A DNA stretch of 64,000 bases from the NCBI GenBank assembly GCA_036381155.1, contig DASVDJ010000196.1, forward strand, positions 52,823 through 116,822. Reading direction: 5' to 3'. Source of the DNA: Vicinamibacterales bacterium. GTDB lineage: Bacteria; Acidobacteriota; Vicinamibacteria; Vicinamibacterales; JAENWD01. Both the position numbers and the translations under genes were made by a program. The notes beneath the pieces were generated by a model. The model was not told where the DNA came from. It saw nothing but the letters and a program-made list of their open reading frames with translations, and ran no database searches. Below, one piece after another: positions 1 through 8,971 of the stretch (position 1 is the stretch's first letter; every line of letters begins with the position of its first letter).

Positions 1-1408
1 CCCGCATGACCGACGGGTCCGGCGTGCGGCCGGTCCAGATCCGGAACTGCTCGACGGCCTGCGCGACCAGCATGTCGAGTCCGCCGAGGGTGGCGCAGCC
101 GGCCGCGCGCGCCTCGCGCAGCAGCCGCGTCTCCGGCGGGTTGTAGACGAGGTCGTAGACCAGCTGCCCGTCCAGTTGCGCACCGGGCAGCGGTGTCTCG
201 TCGACGGCCGGGTACATGCCGGCCGACGTCGCGTTGACGAGCAGATCCCAGCTGCCCGGCGCCGGCGGCAGCGGCGCCGACGCCACGCCGACCTCCGCAG
301 CCACGGCGCGCGCGCGATCCGGGCGACGCGCGGCAATCGTCACCGACGCGCCGGCCCGGCGCAGCGCGATCGCCGCCGCGCGGGCGGCGCCACCTGCCCC
401 GAGCACCGTCGCTCGCTTCCCGGCGATCTCGACGCGTTGCGCAAGCGGGGCCAGCAGCCCGGCGACGTCGGTGTTGAAGCCCTCCCACGCGCGGCCGGCG
501 CGGCGCAGCGTGTTCACCGCCCCGACCTCGCGCGCGACGTCGTCGGGCGTGCAGTACGGCAGCACGTCGACCTTGAACGGCACCGTGACGCTGGCGCCGG
601 CGAGATCGAAGGCCTCGGCGAAGGCGAACAGGTCCGCGGCATCTGCCGCCTGCAGCGGCACGTACACCGCGTCGAGCCCGGCAGCACGGAACGCCGCGTT
701 GTGCATGGCCGGCGAGACCGAGTGCCCCGCCGGGTTCGCCGCCAGGCCGTAGAGCGCGGCGCCGGCGCTGACTTCGCCGAACCGGAACTCCTCGCGCATG
801 CGCCCGGCCGGGACCTGCCCCGGCGCCGCGCCGTCGCCGGCATAGGTCCACGCCGACGCGAAGCGATCCGGCAGCAGCCGCGTCACCAGTCCCGCGGCGC
901 CCATCGCGATCACCACGTGGCGGCGCCCGGCCGGCGGCCGCAACCCGCGCAGCGGCACGCAGTCACGGAGCGCCCGCGCCGTGACGGCCAGCTTCACCAC
1001 GGCCGCACCGGTCGCCGCCATCGCGGCATGCCGGTCCTCGAGGTCGCCGGGCACGCCGGAGAAGTCGTGGTGCGAGACGACGATCCGCTCGCCGCGGGTC
1101 TCGCCGATCCATGGGGCCCGCGTCCAGGCCTGCCACTCGACGTCCACGAAGTCAGCGGACGCGCGCCAGGCGCGTTCGAGCAGCCGGAGGCGCTCCTCCT
1201 CGGACCCGCGGAACTGCCCGCCCTCCCAGGCCGCGCGGCACGTCACGATCACCGGGCCGGTCCGGCCGGCGAGCGCGCCGTCGGGGTCGGGATCCGCCAC
1301 GGTGTCCAGACGCAGCTCGACCAGATCCGCCTCGCGGGCGGCGGCATCGCGCCGCGCGCGCAGGTCGGCAAGGGTCGGCGCCGTCACCGTGACACACAAT
1401 CGGGCCAT
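1..1408 (-). CDS. aroDE: Bifunctional 3-dehydroquinate dehydratase (type I) / shikimate 5-dehydrogenase; 3' end runs off the window
   Basis: Absent from the ORF track because no stop lies inside the window. My translation from the ATG at 1408 gives MARLCVTVTAPTLADLRARRDAAAREADLVELRLD (AroD-like). In frame further on are TVLGAGGAARAAAIALRRAGASVTIAARR (AroE Rossmann loop) and LVYDLVYNPPETRLLREARAAGCATLGGLDMLVAQAVEQFRIWTG (AroE C-terminus). Confidence 0.85.
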   Translation of the reverse strand, partial: MARLCVTVTAPTLADLRARRDAAAREADLVELRLDTVADPDPDGALAGRTGPVIVTCRAAWEGGQFRGSEEERLRLLERAWRASADFVDVEWQAWTRAPWIGETRGERIVVSHHDFSGVPGDLEDRHAAMAATGAAVVKLAVTARALRDCVPLRGLRPPAGRRHVVIAMGAAGLVTRLLPDRFASAWTYAGDGAAPGQVPAGRMREEFRFGEVSAGAALYGLAANPAGHSVSPAMHNAAFRAAGLDAVYVPLQAADAADLFAFAEAFDLAGASVTVPFKVDVLPYCTPDDVAREVGAVNTLRRAGRAWEGFNTDVAGLLAPLAQRVEIAGKRATVLGAGGAARAAAIALRRAGASVTIAARRPDRARAVAAEVGVASAPLPPAPGSWDLLVNATSAGMYPAVDETPLPGAQLDGQLVYDLVYNPPETRLLREARAAGCATLGGLDMLVAQAVEQFRIWTGRTPDPSVMR

Positions 1409-1452
1409 AAAATGAAAAAGCCTCTTGCACCTGTTCGGTGAAGAGGCTCTCC
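1409..1452 (-). terminator. Intrinsic terminator / attenuator hairpin immediately upstream of the aroDE start codon
   Basis: The minus-strand RNA reads GAGAGCCUCUUCACCGAACAGGUGCAAGAGGCUUUUUCAUUUUAUG. Arms AGCCUCUU/AAGAGGCU pair, plus inner CACC/GGUG, followed by a U-tract that runs into the ATG. Confidence 0.7.
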
Positions 1453-1482
1453 GGTTCGTCGACGCGCTGGCCGGTGCGTGCG

Positions 1483-1623
1483 CTACGCCTCTTCCCTCCT
1501 GGGCGTGCCAAACCACCACCAGCTCCGGTACGCACCGGTCCCCGCCACCGCGGCCGCGCCGATTTGCACACGGCTGCCGTACGGGGTATAGAACAGCACG
1601 GCGTCGTACCGAAAAGCAGACAT
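1483..1623 (-). CDS. 46-aa aromatic-rich leader peptide (putative attenuation leader for aroDE)
   Basis: This is the tail of track ORF 1483..2034(-), read from an internal ATG: MSAFRYDAVLFYTPYGSRVQIGAAAVAGTGAYRSWWWFGTPRREEA. 10 of 46 residues are F/Y/W. The WWWF codons lie at 1510-1521. The stop overlaps the antiterminator segment. Confidence 0.55.
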   Translation of the reverse strand: MSAFRYDAVLFYTPYGSRVQIGAAAVAGTGAYRSWWWFGTPRREEA

Positions 1624-1642
1624 ACCGCGTCGAGTGGAAAAA

Positions 1643-1671
1643 ACGCTACCAGAGCCGCCAGCGCGTGTCAA
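1643..1671 (-). promoter_or_regulatory. Sigma-70-type promoter for the leader/aroDE transcript
   Basis: Minus strand reads TTGACA (1671-1666), a 17-nt spacer, then TAGCGT (1648-1643). It lies about 20 nt upstream of the leader ATG. Confidence 0.45.
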
Positions 1672-1768
1672 CCAAGGCCGCGCGCCTCTTGTCCGCGCTG
1701 TATACTGGACCATGGCAATACCGTCCCACCCGCGCGCCGAAACGTCCAAGGGGAAAACAGTGCACGTG

Positions 1769-3601
1769 ATGGGGTTTGGCCGCGCATTTCTTACACTCTC
1801 CCTGGCCCTGCTCGCCCTGCTGCCCCTGCGCGCGGCGGCGCCGCTGATGCCGGTCTCGGAGATCAAGCCGGGCATGGTCGGCGTCGGGCGGACGGTCTTC
1901 ACCGGGTCCCGGCTCGAAGAATTCAAGGTCCACATCCTCGGCGTGCTCGAGAACGTCATGGGCCCGAGCCGCAACCTGATTCTGGCGCGGCTCGAGGGCG
2001 GGCCGCTCGAGAAGACCGGCGTCATCGCCGGCATGAGCGGCAGCCCGGTCTACGTGGACGGCCGCCTGATCGGCGCCGTGTCCTACTCGCTCGGCGCGTT
2101 CTCCCGTGAGCCGATCGCGGGGATCACGCCCATCGAGGAGATGATCGACGCCACGCGCACGACGTCCCGGCGCGCGCCCGGCACGCAGGCCAGCCTGACG
2201 CTGCCGGTCAGCACCGCCTCGCTGGCCTCCACCCTCCAGGACGTCTTCGCGCGCACGCCCCCCTTCGCGCAGTCGCCGGCCGACGTGCGGCCCGCCGCCC
2301 TGGGCCCCGGCGTCGCCCCCGATCTGGCGACGATGCTGCGGCCGATTTCGACGCCGCTCGTGATGGGCGGCTTCCGCGGCGACGTCGCGACGATGATTGC
2401 CACCGCGTTCTCGTCGAGCGGCTTCACGCCGATGGCCGCGGGCGGCGGAACCGCGCCCGACGCGCCCGAACTGGATCGGCCGCTGCAGCCCGGCGACGCG
2501 ATCGGCGTGGGTCTCATCGACGGCGACCTCTCGCTCGGCGGCACCGGGACGGTCACGGCGGTCGAGGGCGACCGCGTCTACGCGTTCGGACATCCGTTCT
2601 ACAACCTCGGTCCGACGAAGTTCCCGATGACGCGGGCGTGGATCCACACGCTGCTGCCCAGCCTGATGAACTCGTCGAAGCTCGGCAGCCTCGGCCGGGT
2701 CATCGGCACGTTCGAACAGGATCGGGCGACGGCGATTGCCGGCACGCTCGGCCCCGGCCCCTCGATGCTGCCGATCCGGCTCGTGCTCGACACGGATCGC
2801 GGTCCGCGCCGCGAGTTCCGCTTCTCGGTCGTGCGCGACCAGCTGTTCACGCCGCTGCTGACGTACCTCACCGTCGTCAACACGCTGAAGTCTTATGAGC
2901 GTGAGTTCGGGACGGCGAGCTTCGTCGTGACCGGGCGGGCGCTCGTCGCCAAGCACGGCGAGATCGCGTTCGAGGACATCTTCACCGGCGAGTCCCCGTC
3001 GGTCGGTGCCGCCAGCTACATCGCCGGGCCGATCACGTTCCTGCTGAAGAACGAGTTCGAGCCGGTCGAGATCGACGAGCTCGATCTGCGGATCGTCTCC
3101 TCGGAGGAGCCGCGCACGGCGGTGCTCGAGCGCGTGTGGCTCGACGCGCCGACGGTGCGGCCGGGACGCAGCGTGCCGGTGAAGCTCCTGATGCGGACCT
3201 CGCGCGGCGAGGACGTCCTGCACACGGTCCCGGTCGACATCCCCGTCAACGCGAGCGGCACGCTGACGCTCATCGTGGCCGACGGCGCGCGGCTGGCGCA
3301 GATCGAGCAGCGCGAGACCCGGCAGACGCAGCGCGCGCAGGACGCCGCGCAGATCGTCAAGGCCTTCAACAAAGCCCGCAAGAACAACCACCTCTACGTG
3401 CGGCTCGTCAGCTCCGAACCGGGGGCGGTCGTCAGCGGCGAGACGCTGTCGGCGCTGCCGCCTTCGGTGCTGGCGGTGCTCGACGCCGACCGCCACGGCG
3501 GCTCGATCGGCAGTCTGCGCAGTGCGACCCTGGGCGAGTGGGCGATCCCCACCGACTACGCGGTCTCGGGCGCCCGTTTCCTCTCGCTGCCGCTCCGCTG
3601 A
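1769..3601 (+). CDS. Secreted peptidase S55 (SpoIVB-like) domain protein
   Basis: Internal ATG of track ORF 1634..3601. Signal-like MGFGRAFLTLSLALLALLPLRAAAP, then PGMVGVGRTVFTGSRLEEFKVHILGV...GVIAGMSGSPVYVDGRLIGAVSY (S55-type Ser protease core). Confidence 0.8.
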   Translation: MGFGRAFLTLSLALLALLPLRAAAPLMPVSEIKPGMVGVGRTVFTGSRLEEFKVHILGVLENVMGPSRNLILARLEGGPLEKTGVIAGMSGSPVYVDGRLIGAVSYSLGAFSREPIAGITPIEEMIDATRTTSRRAPGTQASLTLPVSTASLASTLQDVFARTPPFAQSPADVRPAALGPGVAPDLATMLRPISTPLVMGGFRGDVATMIATAFSSSGFTPMAAGGGTAPDAPELDRPLQPGDAIGVGLIDGDLSLGGTGTVTAVEGDRVYAFGHPFYNLGPTKFPMTRAWIHTLLPSLMNSSKLGSLGRVIGTFEQDRATAIAGTLGPGPSMLPIRLVLDTDRGPRREFRFSVVRDQLFTPLLTYLTVVNTLKSYEREFGTASFVVTGRALVAKHGEIAFEDIFTGESPSVGAASYIAGPITFLLKNEFEPVEIDELDLRIVSSEEPRTAVLERVWLDAPTVRPGRSVPVKLLMRTSRGEDVLHTVPVDIPVNASGTLTLIVADGARLAQIEQRETRQTQRAQDAAQIVKAFNKARKNNHLYVRLVSSEPGAVVSGETLSALPPSVLAVLDADRHGGSIGSLRSATLGEWAIPTDYAVSGARFLSLPLR

Positions 3602-3643
3602 GCCGGTGGCCCGCTGGTCCGTTGTAACGACACAGAAGTTGCC

Positions 3644-5875
3644 ATGACTCGGAAAATCGCCGGGCTCGCGACGAGCCTGCTCGTGGTGTGCGTGTTCTCG
3701 TCGCCGCTGCTCGGAGCCGGCGCGCGGTTCTGGGAGGTGGCCACGCTGGCCGACTTCCTCGAAGGCGAGGTCACGAACCTCTCGATCGACCTGCACGGCC
3801 GGCTCGTGCTCGGACCGGAGCTCACCGAGCTGGCGGCGCCGACGGCGCCCGTGCTCTGGAACGCGCTCGAGGGCCGGGACGGCGCGCTCTACATGGGGAC
3901 CGGCAACGACGGCCAGGTGCTCCGCATCGCGCCGGACGGCCAGCTGTCGGTGTACTTCGACTCGGCAGAGCTCGAAGTGCACGCGCTCGCCATGGCGCCG
4001 AACGGCACGATTTACGCGGGGACGTCCCCGGACGGTCGCATCTACCGCCTGACGGGCGAGGGGCAGGCCACGCCCTTCTTCGATCCCGACGACAAGTACA
4101 TCTGGGCCCTCGCGGTCGGACCGGACGGCGCCGTCTACGCTGCCACCGGCGACAAGGGGCTCGTCTACCGGATCACGCCGGACGGCCAGGGCGAGGTGTT
4201 CTACAGCACGCGGGCGACCCACGTCCGTGCGCTGCACGTCGCGCGCGACGGCTCGCTGCTGGTCGGCACGGAGTCGCCCGGGCGCGTCTTCCGCGTGACA
4301 CCCGACGGCCAGGGATTCCTGCTGCTCGATTCCGGGCTGCAGGAGATCAGCGCGATTCGGCCCGGCCGCAACGGGGTCGTGTACGCCGCGGCGCTCACCG
4401 CCTCGAGCGCGCCCGAGCCCTCACGTCCGACCACGGCACCCGAGCAGCAGGAGCAGCGTGCGCCCGTTCCGACGGTGTCTGCCGAGATCACCTCGATGGC
4501 GGTGGTCGAGCAGCCGCCGCCGGCGCCGGAACCGTCGCGCCCCGCGCGCGAGGCGGGTCGCTCGTCCGGTCGCGGCGCGGTCTACCGGATCCAGCCGGAT
4601 GGCGACTGGGATCCGATCTGGTCCTCCGCGGAGGACACGCCGTACGACGTCGCGCTCGACACCGACGGCGCGGTGCTCGTGGCGACGGGCGGCCAGGGCA
4701 AGATCTACCGCGTCTACGGCGACCCCGCCCGGACGATGCTGCTGGCCCGCGCCGCCGCGCAGCAGGTGATGACGCTCGTGCCGGACGGTCCGCGCGGCCT
4801 GGTGGTCGCGACGGCGAACCCGGCCAAGGTGTTCCGGCTCTCGGCGCGGCCGGCGGAGACCGGGACGTACGAATCCACCGTGCGCGATGCGCAGTCGATC
4901 GCGACGTGGGGCGCGATCAGCTGGCGCGGGCTGGCGCCGGCCGGCACCGACGTGCGGCTCTACACCCGCGCCGGCAACACGCCCGCGCCCGACGAGACCT
5001 GGAGCCCCTGGTCCGAGGCCTACCGCAATCCGGACGGCGAGCAGATCACGAGCCCTCGCGCGCGGTACCTCCAGTGGAAGCTCGAGCTCGTCGGCACGCA
5101 GGGGCGCACGCCGGTCGTAACGTCCGTCACGGCGGCGTACCTCCAGCGCAACGTGCGCCCCGAGATCACCGGCATCACGATTCACCCGCCGGGTGTCGTC
5201 TTTCAGAAGCCCTACTCGAGTGGCGAGACCGAAATCGCCGGCTTCGACGCCGGGCCGCTCGACCGGCGACCGGGAGCCGGCAATCAGCAGGGCGCTGCGC
5301 TCGCGCTCGGCCGCCGCGGCTACCAGAAGGGGCTGCAGACGATCATCTGGAAGGCCCAGGACGAGAACGAGGACGACCTCTCCTACGACGTGCTCTACCG
5401 CCGTGAGGGGGAGACGAGCTGGAAGATCCTGAAGGAGAACCTGCTCGAGCCGATCTTCGTGTGGGACACGACCTCGGTGCCGAACGGCACGTACGTCGTG
5501 AAGATCGTCGCGACCGACGCGCTGGCGAACCCTCCGGGCTCGGCGCTGGTCGCGGAGCGCGAGAGCGGGCTCTTCGACATCGACAACACGCCGCCCACGA
5601 TCACGGTGCTCTCCGCCGTCCGCTCGAACAACCGCACGTCGGTCCGCTTCGTGGTCCGCGACTTCGACTCGACGATCCAGCGGGTGGAGTACGCGATCGA
5701 CGCCGACCGCTGGCGCCCGATCTACCCGAAGGACGGCATCGCGGACACGCGCGTGGAAGAGTTCGAGCTGACGCTCGAGGTCGACACCGTCGACAAGGCC
5801 ATCATCCTCCGGGCGGTCGACGCGATGAACAACGTCGCCACCGGACGGGCCGAGCCGCTGGAGCCGCAGAACTGA
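3644..5875 (+). CDS. Secreted beta-propeller repeat protein with Ig-like C-terminal region
   Basis: Signal peptide MTRKIAGLATSLLVVCVFSSPLLGAGA. Blades of about 40 aa recur (DGALYMGTGNDGQVLRI, NGTIYAGTSPDGRIYRL, DGAVYAATGDKGLVYRI, DGSLLVGTESPGRVFRV). Confidence 0.75.
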   Translation: MTRKIAGLATSLLVVCVFSSPLLGAGARFWEVATLADFLEGEVTNLSIDLHGRLVLGPELTELAAPTAPVLWNALEGRDGALYMGTGNDGQVLRIAPDGQLSVYFDSAELEVHALAMAPNGTIYAGTSPDGRIYRLTGEGQATPFFDPDDKYIWALAVGPDGAVYAATGDKGLVYRITPDGQGEVFYSTRATHVRALHVARDGSLLVGTESPGRVFRVTPDGQGFLLLDSGLQEISAIRPGRNGVVYAAALTASSAPEPSRPTTAPEQQEQRAPVPTVSAEITSMAVVEQPPPAPEPSRPAREAGRSSGRGAVYRIQPDGDWDPIWSSAEDTPYDVALDTDGAVLVATGGQGKIYRVYGDPARTMLLARAAAQQVMTLVPDGPRGLVVATANPAKVFRLSARPAETGTYESTVRDAQSIATWGAISWRGLAPAGTDVRLYTRAGNTPAPDETWSPWSEAYRNPDGEQITSPRARYLQWKLELVGTQGRTPVVTSVTAAYLQRNVRPEITGITIHPPGVVFQKPYSSGETEIAGFDAGPLDRRPGAGNQQGAALALGRRGYQKGLQTIIWKAQDENEDDLSYDVLYRREGETSWKILKENLLEPIFVWDTTSVPNGTYVVKIVATDALANPPGSALVAERESGLFDIDNTPPTITVLSAVRSNNRTSVRFVVRDFDSTIQRVEYAIDADRWRPIYPKDGIADTRVEEFELTLEVDTVDKAIILRAVDAMNNVATGRAEPLEPQN

Positions 5876-5902
5876 TCAGGACGGATCGGGTCGCGTCGGA
5901 TC

Positions 5903-5953
5903 GAATCAGGCCGCCCCGCCTTCGCCCTTCGGGCGACGGGGCAAGCCTGATTC
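5903..5953. terminator. Long GC hairpin between convergent genes (bidirectional terminator candidate)
   Basis: GAATCAGGC-CGCCCCG..TCGCCCTTCGGGCGA..CGGGGC-GCCTGATTC: nested inverted repeats between stop 5875(+) and stop 5954(-). Confidence 0.55.
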
Positions 5954-6817
5954 TCAGGCCGTGGCGGACCCGACCGGGTTGGCGGCGGGGAGCTCGCTGA
6001 TCGGAAGCTCCGGGTCCTGGATCAGCGGCGGGCTCGCCGGCGTGTGTGGCGTCTGCAGCCCGGGCAGCGTGTCGGCGATCTTGCCGCGCACGGTCGTGTG
6101 GGCGACGAGCCAGATCATGCTCACCGCCACGGGCGAGCCGCCCGACGACCGGGCAGGCAGGAAGCGCGCCTGGGAGGCCGCGTCGAGCAGCTGCAGCACC
6201 TCGGCCCGATCGAGCTCGATGGCCTGCCCGCCGTTGGTCAGCAGCTGGACGCTCTGCACGGTGCCGTCGCGCGAGACGACCGCCGCGAGCGCGAAGACCC
6301 CCTCCTCGCTGTCGAGCAGCGCGCCGACGATCGTGTCGGGATCGAAGCGCGGGAGCAGCCGCTGATCGCTGACGCGCATCGGATTCAGGTCCGATCCGGT
6401 CGGTGACGACAGCGACGCGATCAGCGCCGACATCGAGGCCGGCTGCTGCTGCAGCGTGAGCCGCATCAATCCGAAGACCGCCAGCACGACGGTGACGGTT
6501 GCCACCGTCGCCCCTGCGGCCGCCCACACCAGGTGCATGTCCTCGAACAGGCGGTTGAGCCGCCCGTGCCAGGACGTCTGCCGCTCCGCCTGAAGCCGCG
6601 CGAGCACGTGCCGCTCGAGCCGGCCCGGCTCCTCGGGCGCCCGCGAGCCCACGACCCGCAGCAAGGCGCCGAGCTCGCGCAGGCGCCGCCGCTCCTCGCG
6701 GCACGCCGCGCACGCGCGCAGATGGGACTGGACCGCCGCCTGCTGGTCCAGCGGCAGCTCGCCGTCGTGATAGGGCGCCAGCAACCGGCGCGCCTGGCGG
6801 CAGGTCAGGGTACTCAT
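5954..6817 (-). CDS. Anti-sigma factor (zf-HC2 type) with one TM segment and a periplasmic domain
   Basis: MSTLTCRQARRLLAPYHDGELPLDQQAAVQSHLRACAACREERRRL (H-x3-C-x2-C). TM segment VWAAAGATVATVTVVLAVFGLM. Its start overlaps the sigma-factor stop (ATGA). Confidence 0.85.
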   Translation of the reverse strand: MSTLTCRQARRLLAPYHDGELPLDQQAAVQSHLRACAACREERRRLRELGALLRVVGSRAPEEPGRLERHVLARLQAERQTSWHGRLNRLFEDMHLVWAAAGATVATVTVVLAVFGLMRLTLQQQPASMSALIASLSSPTGSDLNPMRVSDQRLLPRFDPDTIVGALLDSEEGVFALAAVVSRDGTVQSVQLLTNGGQAIELDRAEVLQLLDAASQARFLPARSSGGSPVAVSMIWLVAHTTVRGKIADTLPGLQTPHTPASPPLIQDPELPISELPAANPVGSATA

Positions 6818-7446
6818 GCCGGCACCTCCTGCAGCGCCTGGCGCAGCGCCTGCCGCGCGCGTGTCAGCCTCGACTTGACCGTACCGAGCGTCACACCGAG
6901 CGAATACGCGATCTCGTCGTAGCTCAGGCCGTCGATTTCCCGCAGGACGATCGCGGTGCGCTGGTCGAAGGGCAGCCGGTCGAGCGCCCGGGCCAGCCGG
7001 TCGGCCAGCTCCTTGCGGGCGAAGATCCGGTCGGGCGCGGCCCCCTCGAGTCCGGCCAGCTCGTCGCCGTGTGCCTCGAGATGCTGGTCGAGCGACACCT
7101 GGTGGCTGCGATGCCGCCGCCGCCACCAGCGCTGCCGGTTCCGGGCCTGATTGACGACGATGCGGTAGATCCAGGTGCGGAGCTGGGACTGCCCGCGGAA
7201 CTGGTGGAGGGTGCGGAAGACCCGCAGGAACACTTCCTGCGACAGGTCGAGCGCCTCGTCGCGGTCGCCGAGGAGGTTGCAGGCGAGCTGGAACACCATC
7301 CGCTGGTGCTCCGCGACGAGCTCCGCGCTGGCCTCTTCGTCGCCGGCCGCACACCGGCGGATGAGGTCAGCCTCGCGGCTGCCGAGATCGTCCCACGTCT
7401 GCGAGACGGCCGGTTTGACGAGGAGATCGTCTGCCAAGGCTCCCAT
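6814..7446 (-). CDS. ECF (group IV) sigma-70 family RNA polymerase sigma factor
   Basis: From the internal ATG: MGALADD...EHQRMVFQLACNLLGDRDEALDLSQEVFLRVFR (region 2) and LPFDQRTAIVLREIDGLSYDEIAYSLGVTLGTVKSRLTRAR (region 4). Confidence 0.9.
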   Translation of the reverse strand: MGALADDLLVKPAVSQTWDDLGSREADLIRRCAAGDEEASAELVAEHQRMVFQLACNLLGDRDEALDLSQEVFLRVFRTLHQFRGQSQLRTWIYRIVVNQARNRQRWWRRRHRSHQVSLDQHLEAHGDELAGLEGAAPDRIFARKELADRLARALDRLPFDQRTAIVLREIDGLSYDEIAYSLGVTLGTVKSRLTRARQALRQALQEVPA

Positions 7447-7450
7447 GTCG

Positions 7451-7456
7451 ACTATA
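7451..7456 (-). promoter_or_regulatory. -10 box TATAGT only 4 nt upstream of the ECF sigma ATG (leaderless-type arrangement)
   Basis: Minus strand reads GGCTGGTATAGTCGACATG. It is an AT-rich island in GC-rich surroundings. Confidence 0.4.
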
Positions 7457-7641
7457 CCAGCCCTTTCCGGGCGAGGGGCGCCCTTTTCCACCTTAGACAC
7501 CGGTTCGGCGGAAACCGGCTCATCCGGGCCCCCGAGGCGGCGGCAGCCGACAGCCCTCGGCAAGTGCCCAAGGTGCAGGCGTTTCGCCGGAGGGGCCCGG
7601 CCGCTGCGCTAGGATTACGCTGTGAAACCCGGGTGTACCGC

Positions 7642-8928
7642 GTGAAACGCTGGTGGCTGGCGATGCTCGTGGTGCTGGGGCTGGGGGCCACGGCGGCCAC
7701 CGCCTGGCTGAACGCCGCGCGCGAGCGGGCCTTCCAGCAGCTCGTCGCCGCCGGCGAGGACGCGATCGCCCGCGACGACCTCGGCGTCGCCATCGAGGCG
7801 TTCAGCGGCGCCATCGCGCTGAAGCCCGACTCGATGCTCGCCCACCTGCGACGCGGCGAGACGTACCGGCGGAGTGGCGACCTGCGTGCCGCGCTGCGCG
7901 ACCTCCGCGAGGCGGCGCGCCTCGACCCGGCCGCGACCCATCCGCTCGAACAGCTCGGAGACGTGCTGGCCGCCATGGATCGCCACGACCGGGCGGCCGA
8001 GCAGTACGCCGCGTATCTCGCGCTCGACGACCGCGCGGCCCGCGTGCTCTACAAGCAGGCGGCGGCGCTCTACCGTGCGGGCGAACCGCGCCGCGCGCTC
8101 GAGCCGCTCGAGCGCGCGCTCGCGTTGTCGCCCGGAATGAGCGAGGCGTTCTACCTGCGGGGCCTCTGTCTCCAGTCGCTCGGCGACGAGGCGGGCGCGC
8201 GGGAGGCGCTCCAGCGAGCCGTCACGCTTGCGCCAGGTACCGCACCGGCACGGGAGGCGCTGGCCGCGGTGCTCCTCGGCGCCGGACGAGCGCAGCCCGC
8301 CACCGAGCAGCTCGAGGCACTGGCCGCGCTCGAGCCCGATCGCCCCGAGCGGCTGATCGCGCTCGGGCTCGCCTACGCGTCGGCGCACCGGACGGATCTC
8401 GCCATCGTGACGCTCGGCCGCGCGGCCGAGCGCTTCCCCGACAACGTCGAGGTCTACACCGCCCTGGGACGCGTCTGGCTCGATGCCGCCGCCGCGACCG
8501 GCGATCGGATTGCGCTCGGCAAGGCGCTCGAAGCGCTGCGGACCGCGGCGCTGCGGGGCACCAGTGCTGAAGCGCTCGCGCTCTACGGCCGGGCGCTGCT
8601 GCTCGCGGGAGATCCGTCCGCGGCGGTGCGCCCGCTGCGTGATGCCGCAGGAACCCTGCCGGTCCACCCCGACACGCTCCTCTGGCTTTCGCAGGCGCTC
8701 GACGCCACGGGCCGGCGGCGCGAGGCGCGCGATGCGCTGCAGCAGCACGTCGCGCTGCTCGGCGGCGAGCGTCCGCCGCTGGCCGTCCTGCGCCGGCTGG
8801 GCGATCTGTCCGAGCGTATCGGCGACCGCACGGCCGCGCTGCGCTGGTTCCGCGAAGCGGCGGCTGTCGCACCCGACAGCGCCGCGCTGGCGGCGCGCAT
8901 CGCCCGCCTCGAAGCGCGCGCCCGCTGA
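7642..8928 (+). CDS. Membrane-anchored TPR repeat protein
   Basis: GTG start. N-terminal TM VKRWWLAMLVVLGLGATAATAW, then repeated TPR-like helices (AIEAFSGAIALKPDSMLAHLRRGETYRRSGDLRAALRDLREAARLDP and others). Confidence 0.75.
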   Translation: MKRWWLAMLVVLGLGATAATAWLNAARERAFQQLVAAGEDAIARDDLGVAIEAFSGAIALKPDSMLAHLRRGETYRRSGDLRAALRDLREAARLDPAATHPLEQLGDVLAAMDRHDRAAEQYAAYLALDDRAARVLYKQAAALYRAGEPRRALEPLERALALSPGMSEAFYLRGLCLQSLGDEAGAREALQRAVTLAPGTAPAREALAAVLLGAGRAQPATEQLEALAALEPDRPERLIALGLAYASAHRTDLAIVTLGRAAERFPDNVEVYTALGRVWLDAAAATGDRIALGKALEALRTAALRGTSAEALALYGRALLLAGDPSAAVRPLRDAAGTLPVHPDTLLWLSQALDATGRRREARDALQQHVALLGGERPPLAVLRRLGDLSERIGDRTAALRWFREAAAVAPDSAALAARIARLEARAR

Positions 8929-8971
8929 GCGCACGCTGCATCCCTGAATCCTTCTGTCAGTCAGTCGTCCG

